A program made the translations under genes and the position numbers. From Cyanobacteria bacterium P01_A01_bin.123 (GTDB lineage: Bacteria > Cyanobacteriota > Cyanobacteriia > Phormidesmidales > Phormidesmidaceae): 64,000 bases of DNA. The DNA lies in assembly GCA_039815185.1 (NCBI GenBank), contig JBCBZT010000002.1, positions 96,001-160,000 of the forward strand. Direction: 5' to 3'. Position 1 is the stretch's first letter; every line of letters begins with the position of its first letter. The notes beneath the pieces were generated by a model, which did not search any database, was not told where the DNA came from, and saw only the letters and a program-made list of their open reading frames with translations. Below are positions 1 to 9,807 of this stretch, one piece after another.

Positions 1-3000
1 CAGGTTAGATATAGGGGCCGATTCTGATCTCATTGATCTTGAACCATCAGCACTCGAACCATTGGCAGCGGCTCCGTCAGAAACCTCGGCTGCTGATCTG
101 TCAGAATTTGATGCCGCCACAGGCGAGTTTGATTTGGAGATGGCTGCAGATGATCTGGCTGATCTGGAACCCTCGGCAGTTGAATCTCCAGAACTTGAGT
201 TCCCAGAGGAGCAACCGATTCGTGAGAGTGGGAGCTCCGACCTGGATGATTTACTGGCAGCAGACCCCGCTGTCCAATCGGGATCTGCTGATGTTGCAGA
301 GGCTAGTGATGCTGAGATTGATGAACTGTTTGCGATCGCGGATCAGCCCCTTTCACCGGATGATCAGGGTGCAACTCCTGCTGCGGATGGTTTAGACGAT
401 CTGCTGAGTACTACGGATACAGATGATGTTGAGGGTTTTGTTGAAGACATACCCGAGGCTGCTGCTCTATTAGAGGATAAACTGGGGGATCCGTGGGAAG
501 ACGATGCGGCTCCAGAGGGGGGAACTGGCTCCCTAGCGGATCTAAGTGAGTTCGACGATTTGATTGCAGCGGCTGAGACACCCGCTACAGCAGCCAATGA
601 TGAGGTTACAAACCAGCCTGTTGATGATGCATTAGCCGATCTGTTTGCATCGGATACTGAAACTGAAGCTGATTTAGACCTAAGCGACTTAGAAGAACCT
701 GGGGTAGGCAGTGTTGATGATTTTGATTTATCTGTAACTGGCCAGGCAGATGGAATAGGAACTCTCGATCATGACTTCGATTTAGGTCTAGATGCTTTGG
801 ATGCTGCTGTCGAGGAATCCGCTGAGTCATCTCAGGAGTTAGCCGATCTCAACTTTGGAGACTCAGGATTTGACGCTCAAGAAGCTTCCCCAGAAGAGAG
901 CCTAGATTTTGATTTGTCTTCTCCTGAACCTCAGGAAGCTGCTTTAGAAGCAGGTCTAGACTTTGGTGATCTATCCACCCCTGAACCTACTGAAGTGAGT
1001 GAAGACAACTTAGATTTCGATGCCCTAATCGAGGGGGGAGAGACGAGTCAATCTGACGGTGAACTTGGCTTAGATGACCTGGCAATACCTGAGGATGAAC
1101 AAGCAGAAGATATTGAAGTAGCAGAAACATCAGATCTAGAGGCGTCGCTAGGCTTTGACCTAGATATGCCCGAACTGGCTGCCCCTTCGACTGTAGCGGC
1201 TCCCAATTTTGACGATTTGGGCTTTGATGATGGGACTCCAATCGATGAGTCTGATTTCGATACCAATACAGAGAATGTAGCGTTTGACGATTTAGATTTA
1301 GAGGAGATCGTGGCTGACGGGACTAGCTCCCCAGCGGTTGGTGATGATTTTGATTTAGGTGGTGAGTCAGTCGATGACTTAGCGCTCAGTGGAACCCCAA
1401 TACCTGATTCATTACTAGACGAGCTTGATCTGCCTGAGTCTGAAGCACTTGATCTGGGAACTTCCGATACGGATACTGCATTGGCTGCTGAGGCTAATGA
1501 GCTTGACCTTTCAGATCTGGCCCCTGAAAGTGCCCCCAACCTAGACGCTGCACTGGGTTCTTTTGATGTCGTAGAGTCCTCGCCTGAGACGATGGTAGAT
1601 AGAGTGACGGAAACCGTTGTCCAAGCAGAAACAGAAGATAACTTCTTTGACCTAGAGAGTGACTCAGAAATTTCGCTAGCGGGTGGCGATGACATAGACG
1701 ATTTCTTTAACTTAGCGGAGGCTGGCAGCGAGGCGAATCCAGAAGATTTAGATTTCTCCGACGCCGAAATTGGAACCGCAGCTGAGGCCATATCGGTTAG
1801 TGATGATAGTCTGTCTGCCGATACCTTACTCAGTGCTGGTAATGTCCCCGCTGAGGATGTTGATTTGGATCTGGCTCTGGACGATCTTAGTGCCGATGAT
1901 CTAGCCAGTGTTGATGTCGAGGACACGTCTGCTGGGGATGTTGATTTGGATCTGTCTTTAGACGATGTCGGGCCCGACGATTTGGCCAGTGCTGACGTTG
2001 AGGATACACCCGCTGCGGATGGCGATTTGGATCTGTCTCTGGACGATCTTAGTGGGGATGATTTAGCCAGTGATGAGGTTGAGGATACCCCGGCTGATGG
2101 TGGCGATTTGGATTTGGGCATGGATTTTAATGCCGATGACTTAGCCAGTGTTGAGGTTGAGGACGCGCCCGCTGAGAATAGTGATTTGGATTTGGATCTA
2201 GACGACATCGGTGCTGATGATTTAGCTGGTGATAATTTAGCCAGTGTTGAAATTGAGGACACACCTGCTGCAGAGGGTGATTTGGATCTGGTCATGGATC
2301 TCAATACCGATGATTTAGCCAGTGCCGATAGTGGGGCGGTAGCTTCAGAGAGCGCAGATTTGGGCGATGTTACCTTTGATGATCTCGATGGTTTGCTGGA
2401 CGATGATCCTGGAGTGACAGATTTACCACTAGCCGTTGAGGATGAAGTCGCCTCAACAAGCGAGATCGCTAGCGATAATGTAGGCGATGCCGACGATGGT
2501 GATGCTGCTGGGTTTGATGATTTAGACGCGCTCCTAGAGGATGGCGATCGCTTTGCAGTGGCAGCGACTGCTGAGGCTGATGATTTTGGTGGGGGTGATT
2601 TTGATGGATTAGACGCACTCCTCGAGGATGATCAATCTTCAGATATCGTGAGTGGCTTTCCCGACGATAGTGATCTTGGGAATAGCGATGACGAGTTTGG
2701 TGATTTAGAGCGGCTACTCGAAGAGGCCGATCAAAGTCTTGGTGGTGGCCAAAGTGCTAGCATGCGGCGGACAACAACGCAGTCAAGTCGTCGCACTGCT
2801 CGTCGAGGAAGCAGCGGGGGATTGGGTGATCAAAACATGCGGGTTTCGGTGAAGCACCTCGATAACCTGAGCAATTTGGTTGGAGAATTGGTGGTCAACC
2901 GCAACACGCTAGAGCAAGACCAAGAGCGACTACGACAGTTTCTCGACAACCTGTTGTTTCAAGTGCAGCAGCTGAATGACGTAGGTCAGCGAATGCGGGA

Positions 3001-4813
3001 TCTCTACGAGCGATCGCTGCTGGAAAGTTCCCTGATTTCCAGCCGCCAAGCTTATCAGATGTCAGGAAGCAGTCGTAATCGGCCAGCATCCATTGCCGAT
3101 GCTGATGCGAGTCATTCTACCGGCGCTACCTTTGACGCGCTAGAGATGGATCGCTTTACTGGCTTTCATACCCTTTCGCAAGAGATGATCGAACTGATTG
3201 TTAGGGTCCGCGAGTCATCCTCTGACATTGCCTACACGATTGAGTCTTCTGATCAGGTGACGCGCCAGTTCAGACAGGTAACAACCCAGCTGCAAGAAGG
3301 CCTAAATAAGGCTCGCATGGTGCCTTTTGCTCAGACCGCTGATCGCCTGCCACGGGCAGTGCGTGACATTTCCATGAAATTTGGTAAGGAAGCTCGCTTG
3401 GTGGTCGAAGGCCGCGACACCTTGATCGACAAGATGATTTTGGAGCAACTGTATGACCCGATGACCCATCTGGTCAATAACGCCATCACCCACGGGATTG
3501 AAACCCCAGCAGAGCGCCTTGCCGCAGGTAAAGGGCAAGAAGGAACAATCACCATTCGGGCTTTTTACCAAGGGAACCAGACGGTGATATATGTTGCCGA
3601 TGACGGTGCTGGCATTAACCACAACATGGTGAAGCGTAAAGCCATGCAAAAGGGCTTAATCACCCAGCAAGAAGCCCGCAATATGGCAGTTCATGAGGTC
3701 TATGAGCTGCTATATCACCCAGGCTTTAGCACCCGCGATCAAGCAGATGACTTTGCGGGTCGGGGCGTTGGTATGGACGTTGTACGCACCTACTTGGCTC
3801 AAATTCGCGGTACGATTACCACCGATTCGGAGATCGGCAGGGGGACTAGCTTTACCATTCGACTGCCGCTGACCCTGAGTATTTCCAAAGCTTTGAGCTG
3901 TGTCAGCAACCAAGCCCGCATTGCTTTTCCGATGGATGGGGTTGAAGATATGTTGGATGTGCCCCAAGAGCGGGTGCAAGTCAATGACCGCGGTCAATCC
4001 TGTATTCTTTGGCGTGATACGTTGCTCCCATTCCAGCCGCTGTCTGATCTGTTGACCTTCAATCGAACTTTGGGTCGAGGCCGGGTATATGGCGGCAACC
4101 AAGACGATGAGATCATCTCAGTGGTGGTGTTGCGTAGCGCCAATACCAACATTGCCCTCCAGGTCGATCAGGTGATTGGCGAACAAGAGATTGTGATCAA
4201 ACAACTGGAAGGCCCAGTGCCTAAGCCTGTCGGGATTGCAGGGGCAACGGTGTTGGGGGATGGACGAGTTATGCCGATTGCCGATGTGTTGGAGCTAATC
4301 GATCTGTCGATGGGGCGGGTACGCCGCGAACCCTCTACGTCACTTTGGACGCAAGAAGAAGCGCTGCTTGATGAGGTGGCCGTTCCGGCTAAGAGCGAGC
4401 CAACAGTGCTGATTGTGGATGACTCTATTACGGTACGAGAGCTGCTCTCTATGAGCTTTAATAAGGTCGGTTACCGGGTTGAACAGGCACGGGATGGCCA
4501 AGAAGCTTGGGAAAAACTCCGCTCTGGATTACCCTGTGATCTGGTTTTCTGTGACATTGAGATGCCGCGCATGGATGGTCTAGAGTTGCTATCCCGCATG
4601 CAAAAAGATACCGGTTTGAGCAAGATCCCGATTGCGATGTTGACGTCCCGAGGGGCAGATCGTCACCGTCAAATGGCCGTCGATTTGGGGGCCAATGGTT
4701 ACTTTACAAAGCCCTATTTGGAAGAAGCGCTGCTTGATGCGGCTCAGCGCATGCTCAATGGTGAAATGCTAGTGGGCAAAAAGACCGGGACACCGGATGC
4801 TAACGGTAACTAA
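1..4813 (+). CDS. cheA: Hybrid CheA-like chemosensory histidine kinase (PilL/ChpA type), 5' end outside the window
   Basis: Frame is open from the window start. A long acidic linker precedes the dimerisation region (LDNLSNLVGELVVNRN), HATPase (HLVNNAITHG, DDGAGI, GFST, GRGVGMDVV), CheW (GIAGATVLGDGRV) and a C-terminal REC domain (VDDS...DIEMPRMDG...KP). Confidence 0.92.
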   Translation, partial: RLDIGADSDLIDLEPSALEPLAAAPSETSAADLSEFDAATGEFDLEMAADDLADLEPSAVESPELEFPEEQPIRESGSSDLDDLLAADPAVQSGSADVAEASDAEIDELFAIADQPLSPDDQGATPAADGLDDLLSTTDTDDVEGFVEDIPEAAALLEDKLGDPWEDDAAPEGGTGSLADLSEFDDLIAAAETPATAANDEVTNQPVDDALADLFASDTETEADLDLSDLEEPGVGSVDDFDLSVTGQADGIGTLDHDFDLGLDALDAAVEESAESSQELADLNFGDSGFDAQEASPEESLDFDLSSPEPQEAALEAGLDFGDLSTPEPTEVSEDNLDFDALIEGGETSQSDGELGLDDLAIPEDEQAEDIEVAETSDLEASLGFDLDMPELAAPSTVAAPNFDDLGFDDGTPIDESDFDTNTENVAFDDLDLEEIVADGTSSPAVGDDFDLGGESVDDLALSGTPIPDSLLDELDLPESEALDLGTSDTDTALAAEANELDLSDLAPESAPNLDAALGSFDVVESSPETMVDRVTETVVQAETEDNFFDLESDSEISLAGGDDIDDFFNLAEAGSEANPEDLDFSDAEIGTAAEAISVSDDSLSADTLLSAGNVPAEDVDLDLALDDLSADDLASVDVEDTSAGDVDLDLSLDDVGPDDLASADVEDTPAADGDLDLSLDDLSGDDLASDEVEDTPADGGDLDLGMDFNADDLASVEVEDAPAENSDLDLDLDDIGADDLAGDNLASVEIEDTPAAEGDLDLVMDLNTDDLASADSGAVASESADLGDVTFDDLDGLLDDDPGVTDLPLAVEDEVASTSEIASDNVGDADDGDAAGFDDLDALLEDGDRFAVAATAEADDFGGGDFDGLDALLEDDQSSDIVSGFPDDSDLGNSDDEFGDLERLLEEADQSLGGGQSASMRRTTTQSSRRTARRGSSGGLGDQNMRVSVKHLDNLSNLVGELVVNRNTLEQDQERLRQFLDNLLFQVQQLNDVGQRMRDLYERSLLESSLISSRQAYQMSGSSRNRPASIADADASHSTGATFDALEMDRFTGFHTLSQEMIELIVRVRESSSDIAYTIESSDQVTRQFRQVTTQLQEGLNKARMVPFAQTADRLPRAVRDISMKFGKEARLVVEGRDTLIDKMILEQLYDPMTHLVNNAITHGIETPAERLAAGKGQEGTITIRAFYQGNQTVIYVADDGAGINHNMVKRKAMQKGLITQQEARNMAVHEVYELLYHPGFSTRDQADDFAGRGVGMDVVRTYLAQIRGTITTDSEIGRGTSFTIRLPLTLSISKALSCVSNQARIAFPMDGVEDMLDVPQERVQVNDRGQSCILWRDTLLPFQPLSDLLTFNRTLGRGRVYGGNQDDEIISVVVLRSANTNIALQVDQVIGEQEIVIKQLEGPVPKPVGIAGATVLGDGRVMPIADVLELIDLSMGRVRREPSTSLWTQEEALLDEVAVPAKSEPTVLIVDDSITVRELLSMSFNKVGYRVEQARDGQEAWEKLRSGLPCDLVFCDIEMPRMDGLELLSRMQKDTGLSKIPIAMLTSRGADRHRQMAVDLGANGYFTKPYLEEALLDAAQRMLNGEMLVGKKTGTPDANGN
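1845..2325 (+). repeat. About six tandem ~81-bp (27-aa) acidic repeats within the CheA linker
   Basis: GATTTGGAT core recurs at 1862, 1943, 2024, 2105, 2183 and 2279. Unit is roughly DLDLSLDDLSxDDLASxxVEDTPAxxG. Confidence 0.9.
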
Positions 4814-5013
4814 ACCCTATCCCACACGAATAACAATAGGGCTGTCAAGATCATGCCTGTGGCAGCACAAAAGCCCATAGCAACTCCGAGGGGTATCTCG
4901 ATAGAGCGAAAGGTGAGAAATTTAATCGCAATCGGGGTCGCGTTTTGAACTGAAATCACAGCCATTGCTGCAATCCAAAGCCCCGGAACGAGACCGAGCA
5001 AAAGCTTGTTCAT
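4810..5013 (-). CDS. Small membrane protein, LapA/DUF1049-like
   Basis: Two hydrophobic helices around the SVQNATP...FL motif; overlaps the upstream ABC gene stop. Confidence 0.7.
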   Translation of the reverse strand: MNKLLLGLVPGLWIAAMAVISVQNATPIAIKFLTFRSIEIPLGVAMGFCAATGMILTALLLFVWDRV

Positions 5014-6014
5014 GGTCGTAGTCCTGAGTCAATCGGTAGCGTGCTGCCCTTGGGTTCCACAATATTTTGGGCTAATTCTAACCCTTTTCGGGGTGAGGGT
5101 TGGACTGGAGGGGAATGGTTTTGATTGGCCTGGGTGACTTCGATATAGATATGTTCGAGGCGAACCGGGTGGCGGGAAATTGAGTCGATGGGAATACCGT
5201 CAAAGCAATCGAAAAGCTCTCGCAGTTCTAGCAGCTTAGGAACCCAAAAGGCTAATTCTGAACCATAGCGTCGGGGAATGAAGCCCCACGATTGAGCTTT
5301 TTGAATGGCAGCTTCTTCCTCGCGAGTTTCAATTAACACAATCTCTTGAGCCGGGACTCGGCGTCGCAAATCTGAGAGACAACCTTCTGCCAGCAGTTTC
5401 CCCTGCTTGATGATGCCGATGCGCTGACATAGGCGTTCAGCTTCTTCTAGTAGATGGGTGGTGAGTAATACCGTGACCCCTTGTTTTTTCAAGGTGCGAA
5501 TCAGCTCCCACACTTCGTAGCGGGCTTCAATGTCGAGACCTGTGGTGGGCTCATCCAGGATTACGAGTCGGGGGTGATGAATTAACGCGATCGCGATGCT
5601 GAGTCGTCGCTGCATGCCGCCACTAAGGGATTCTACAGGACTGTGGGTGCGATCGCTCAAGTTCACTGCGGCTAAACACTCTCGAATCCGATGACCCCGT
5701 ACAGCCCGGGACAACCCGTAAACTTGCCCAAAAAATGACAAATTTTCGGCACAGGTCAAACTCCGATAGAGCAGATTTTCTTGAGGGACGACACCAATTA
5801 GAGATTTTGTGGTGTTAGAGGCGGGTTGTCCATTAATGTAAACCTGCCCTGTGTCGGCTTTGAGCAAACCACATAAAAGGTTGATTGTGGTGGTTTTGCC
5901 TGCCCCATTAGGACCGAGTAGACCATAGACTTCGCCTGTTGCAATCTTTAAGGACAAATCCTGCAGCATAGGACGCTTTTTGTAGGACTTGCTGAGCCCT
6001 TCGATCCGCACCAT
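5010..6014 (-). CDS. ABC transporter ATP-binding protein (ABC-2/drug export type)
   Basis: GPNGAGKTT, LSGGMQRR and ILDEPTTGLD motifs; start placed at MVRIEG (6014). Confidence 0.9.
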   Translation of the reverse strand: MVRIEGLSKSYKKRPMLQDLSLKIATGEVYGLLGPNGAGKTTTINLLCGLLKADTGQVYINGQPASNTTKSLIGVVPQENLLYRSLTCAENLSFFGQVYGLSRAVRGHRIRECLAAVNLSDRTHSPVESLSGGMQRRLSIAIALIHHPRLVILDEPTTGLDIEARYEVWELIRTLKKQGVTVLLTTHLLEEAERLCQRIGIIKQGKLLAEGCLSDLRRRVPAQEIVLIETREEEAAIQKAQSWGFIPRRYGSELAFWVPKLLELRELFDCFDGIPIDSISRHPVRLEHIYIEVTQANQNHSPPVQPSPRKGLELAQNIVEPKGSTLPIDSGLRP

Positions 6015-6357
6015 AAAATTGTTCACGCAGTTGGTGTTGTCTCCTGAAGTGACTTGATTTAAATTAAGCGTTCGCTTCCGGTAGTCTAGCCCAAATTGTC
6101 TGAGGGATTTGACATGAAACGCGCAACAGCCTGAGATCGCCTTGGAGAGGCAATTAATCCTGAGCCAGGAGTCAGTGGGCAGGCGCCAGAAAAACAATCA
6201 TTCTGGATTCCAACGCCTATATTCTTTTGTATTATTTTCTACCCCAAGCATGCTGACCCAAGTAGATCTCCAAACGATTGGTTTAAACTGAGATGACGGT
6301 GCTTGTCAGGGTTTGTGCCTTGAGCGTTAGTCAACCTTTGCCCTGAAGAATTCCACG

Positions 6358-6747
6358 ATGGCTGATCAAAAAAATGCGATTTTGGCGGTAAATCAGGCTT
6401 TTTATCGGGCCTTTGAGAAGAAAGATTTGACTGCGATGGAGTCGGTGTGGTCCCAAGGTATTGGCTGCCTTTGCATCCACCCTGGACGAGATGCCCTCAA
6501 GGGCTGGCAGGCGGTTCGAGAATCGTGGCAGCAAATCTTCAAGCACACTAAATATTTAGAAATTGATACCGAAATTATTACAGTAGAGGCCAGTGCTGAT
6601 TTAGCCTATGTCGTGCAAATCGAAAATGTGCTGCAGATTAGTGGCGATCGCCGTCTAGACGCGAAATCGATGGGTACAAATATATTTGAGCAGATGGGGG
6701 GACAGTGGTATCTGGTTCATCACCATGGCAGTCCCCTGGTGGGTTAG
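6358..6747 (+). CDS. NTF2/SnoaL-like protein
   Basis: NQAFYRAFE...CIHPG...WYLVHHHGSP pattern. Confidence 0.85.
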   Translation: MADQKNAILAVNQAFYRAFEKKDLTAMESVWSQGIGCLCIHPGRDALKGWQAVRESWQQIFKHTKYLEIDTEIITVEASADLAYVVQIENVLQISGDRRLDAKSMGTNIFEQMGGQWYLVHHHGSPLVG

Positions 6748-7595
6748 GGAACCATTGATAGGCCCAAGGGTTTCAAGGCTTGATGGTAGACATACTCTCG
6801 GGTTGCTTGATGTTTGGGGGTTACAAATATATCAGGTACCGCACCAAATTCGTGTAATCGTCCCACCCCGTTGCCGGATGAGGTGTCAAGGTTAAAAAAG
6901 GCAACCCAGTCTGCCACCGTGGCGATCTGCCTTAAATCATGGCTAACGATGATGATGGTGTAATGCTGTTTCATCTGATTCAGCAGGTGATTGATCCGAT
7001 TGGTTGAAAGCGGGTCGAGGGCTGAGCAGGGTTCGTCCATCAGCAAAATATTGGATCCTAAGGCGATTGCACGGGCAATGCACAGACGCTGCTGCTGCCC
7101 TCCAGAGAGCGCCAGGGCACTGCGGCGGAGTTGGTCTTTGACTTCGTGCCACAACCCAACCTGTTGTAAGGCCCATTCCACTTGCGCATCAATTGCTTTC
7201 GTGTAGCCATTGATACGTAATCCTAGGGCGATGTTTTCGTAGATGGATTTAGGGAAGGGGTTAGGGCGTTGGAACACCATGCCGACGCGACGTCGCAAGG
7301 CAACCTCTGGAATATGTGAAATCGGGCATCCCGCTAGGTTGATATTGCCTGTTACCTGGATGCCTGGAATCAGGTCACTGATCCGATTGAAGCAACGCAG
7401 TAGGCTGGTTTTTCCACACCCCGATGGCCCAATAAAGCCCGTGATCCCGTGGTGGTAAATCGGTACCGTTACGTTTTGGAGTGCAGGCACCCCGTGATAG
7501 TTAATCGAGAGACGATTCACCTCAAGGATTGCCGTTGGATGGGTTATGGCTGATGGCTGAGCTGTCTCTGGCGCTTTTTCGGGGTCTTGAGTCAT
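6744..7595 (-). CDS. pstB: Phosphate ABC transporter ATPase
   Basis: GPSGCGKT, VGMVFQRPNPFPKSIYEN, LSGGQQQRLCIARA, MDEPCSALDP; start placed at MTQDP. Confidence 0.92.
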   Translation of the reverse strand: MTQDPEKAPETAQPSAITHPTAILEVNRLSINYHGVPALQNVTVPIYHHGITGFIGPSGCGKTSLLRCFNRISDLIPGIQVTGNINLAGCPISHIPEVALRRRVGMVFQRPNPFPKSIYENIALGLRINGYTKAIDAQVEWALQQVGLWHEVKDQLRRSALALSGGQQQRLCIARAIALGSNILLMDEPCSALDPLSTNRINHLLNQMKQHYTIIIVSHDLRQIATVADWVAFFNLDTSSGNGVGRLHEFGAVPDIFVTPKHQATREYVYHQALKPLGLSMVP

Positions 7596-7636
7596 GGAAC
7601 GAACAGCGAAAGGCAAACAATACAAATAGGCAGGAG

Positions 7637-9643
7637 CTAGTCAGAGGCGGTTGAATTAGCACTGCGATCGCGTAACCAAACCGATATGCCGGTCAGTATT
7701 AGCACTAAGCCTCCCAGTATGATCACAGCAGCGCTGGCATTGGCTTGAAATTCAGCTTGAGGACGGGAGGCCCAATAGAAAATTTGCGTGGGTAAGGTGG
7801 TAAACGAACTTTGTAGTCCTCCCCAAGAGGGAGCGGGGGCAAAGGTGATAAAGGCTACTGCCCCTATTGCAATCAGGGGTGCAGCTTCGCCAACGACCCG
7901 TGCCAAAGCCATCAACATGCCCGTGATTAAATTAGGCAAGGCGGCGGGTAATATCACATGCCAAACGACTTGCCAACGGCTCATGCCCACAGAGTAGCCG
8001 GCTTGCTTGAGATGGGCTGGCACCCCATGGATAGCATTGCGAGCGGTCGTCATCATCAACGGTAGGGCAACAACGGCCATGGTTAACCCAGCAGATAGGA
8101 TACTAGCGCCCCCAGTAACGCCTCGCCAATCGCGGACAAACAGCGCCAAGCCCAACAAGCCATAAATAATTCCAGGAATGGCTGTGGCGTTGGCTAAATT
8201 AATTTCTAAGAGTCGGCTAAACCAGCTTTCGGGGACATATTCTTCGAGATAAAGGGCTGCACTGATACCAATAGGAAATGCGATCAGTGCCGTTAGGCCG
8301 AGCACCCAAAGCGTTCCCATCAAAGCTGGGAAAATGCCAGACTCTCCGGCGGTGCGAGCAGCCGCATGGGTGAGGAACCCCCAATCAAATACCAGAAACC
8401 CAGTGCGAAATGTGACTAACAGCAACAAGACAAAGATCACAATGCCCAATAGAGCGGCGGCGCAGCCGACCAGTGCCAAGCCTCGATTGAGCGCCATGCG
8501 CCAACCATAGCGAGACTGAAACGGGAGTGGACTGGATCGGGTTGCGATCGCCCGCTTGGACAGCACGGGCTCTTTGGGGTTAGCGCTGCCGACTTTCAAA
8601 CCAGGTGTTCCAATCCTTTCATAATCAACAGTGGCTCCATCAACAGTGGCTTCAGGAACGGTAACTTCAGCCGCAGGAATGCTGATATTCCCCAGTGCGA
8701 ACTTGTGGCGGCGAATCAACCCATAGCCAAAACTGTTGAGACTCAGCGTGATCAAAAACAACACCGCTCCGACAAAGAAAATAGTGTGGAAAATGGGTTC
8801 ATCCGCGTCAATATTGCCCAAACTCACCTGTACGATAAAGGTTGTTATGGTTTCTACTGGTTTGAGTGGATTCAGATTAAAGCCGGGATATTGCCCTGCG
8901 GCGATCGCGGCAATCATGGTTTCTCCTAAGGCTCGTGAAGCCGCTAAGGTAAATGAAGCCATAATTCCTGGTAAAGCCACGGGCAGCACTACCGTGATGA
9001 TCACTTCTTGCTTGGTCATGCCCATGGCATAGGCAGCTTGCCGTAGGGAACCGGGAACCCCTCGTAAGGCATCTTCACTCAAAGATGAAATGATGGGAGT
9101 AATTAAGACACCCGTCATTAACCCAGCACTGAGGGCATTAAACCCAGACATGTCTGGGATGAAGCTCTGCAACCGTGGCGTTACAAACAGCAGGGCAAAG
9201 TAGCCATAAACAATAGTGGGAATCCCAGCCAGTGCTTCTAACGCGGTTTTTAGCAGTTGTCGGGTCATTCCCCGGGCATAATCACTCAGATAAATTGCCG
9301 CCAGTACCCCCAGCGGAATGGCGACCGTCATGGCGATCGCCGTTACCAGTAAGGTGGCACTGACAATGACCCAAATCCCAAATTGTTGATTGGTAAAAAG
9401 TGGTGTCCACTGTCGATCGCTCAACAACTGTATCGGATTGACGGTTTGAAAAAACGCATAGGTTTCACTGACAAACACCCCTAAAATCGTCAGTAAAATC
9501 AGAACAGGAATCAGGGACGCTAACCCCAGCAGCCCCATCATGCATTGTTCCAACAGTAAATCTTGCCAACAGCGATCGCATTGATACCCACTAAGAGCCG
9601 CCTGGGAAGACAGTGGTGATCTGAGTTGTTTGGAAGAAGCCAT
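7637..9643 (-). CDS. pstCA: Fused phosphate ABC permease PstC-PstA
   Basis: N-half is PstC-like (LAGIPTIVYG, SRALGETM). C-half is PstA-like (AALYLEEY, IPGIIYGLLGL, ARVVGEAAPL). Single uninterrupted ORF. Confidence 0.88.
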   Translation of the reverse strand: MASSKQLRSPLSSQAALSGYQCDRCWQDLLLEQCMMGLLGLASLIPVLILLTILGVFVSETYAFFQTVNPIQLLSDRQWTPLFTNQQFGIWVIVSATLLVTAIAMTVAIPLGVLAAIYLSDYARGMTRQLLKTALEALAGIPTIVYGYFALLFVTPRLQSFIPDMSGFNALSAGLMTGVLITPIISSLSEDALRGVPGSLRQAAYAMGMTKQEVIITVVLPVALPGIMASFTLAASRALGETMIAAIAAGQYPGFNLNPLKPVETITTFIVQVSLGNIDADEPIFHTIFFVGAVLFLITLSLNSFGYGLIRRHKFALGNISIPAAEVTVPEATVDGATVDYERIGTPGLKVGSANPKEPVLSKRAIATRSSPLPFQSRYGWRMALNRGLALVGCAAALLGIVIFVLLLLVTFRTGFLVFDWGFLTHAAARTAGESGIFPALMGTLWVLGLTALIAFPIGISAALYLEEYVPESWFSRLLEINLANATAIPGIIYGLLGLALFVRDWRGVTGGASILSAGLTMAVVALPLMMTTARNAIHGVPAHLKQAGYSVGMSRWQVVWHVILPAALPNLITGMLMALARVVGEAAPLIAIGAVAFITFAPAPSWGGLQSSFTTLPTQIFYWASRPQAEFQANASAAVIILGGLVLILTGISVWLRDRSANSTASD

Positions 9644-9807
9644 TACTAACCTAGCCTTGAACCACCCAGATGAAACTAGCGGAAATGGAGATGCACTGGT
9701 CAGTCAAGGAGCATTGTATTTGTGGTGGGTCACAGGGTTTAAACTGTCAAAAAAACGCATATTGGCGCTTGACAAAGCGTAGAGTGCAATTCGATGGCTT
9801 AAGAAAA

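Noticed and set aside
1048..2304. 418-aa Ser-rich minus-strand ORF
   Set aside because: Antisense shadow of the acidic repeat region of the CheA-like gene.
1845..2325. CRISPR array
   Set aside because: Repeats are degenerate, in-frame and coding, with no unique spacers and no cas genes.
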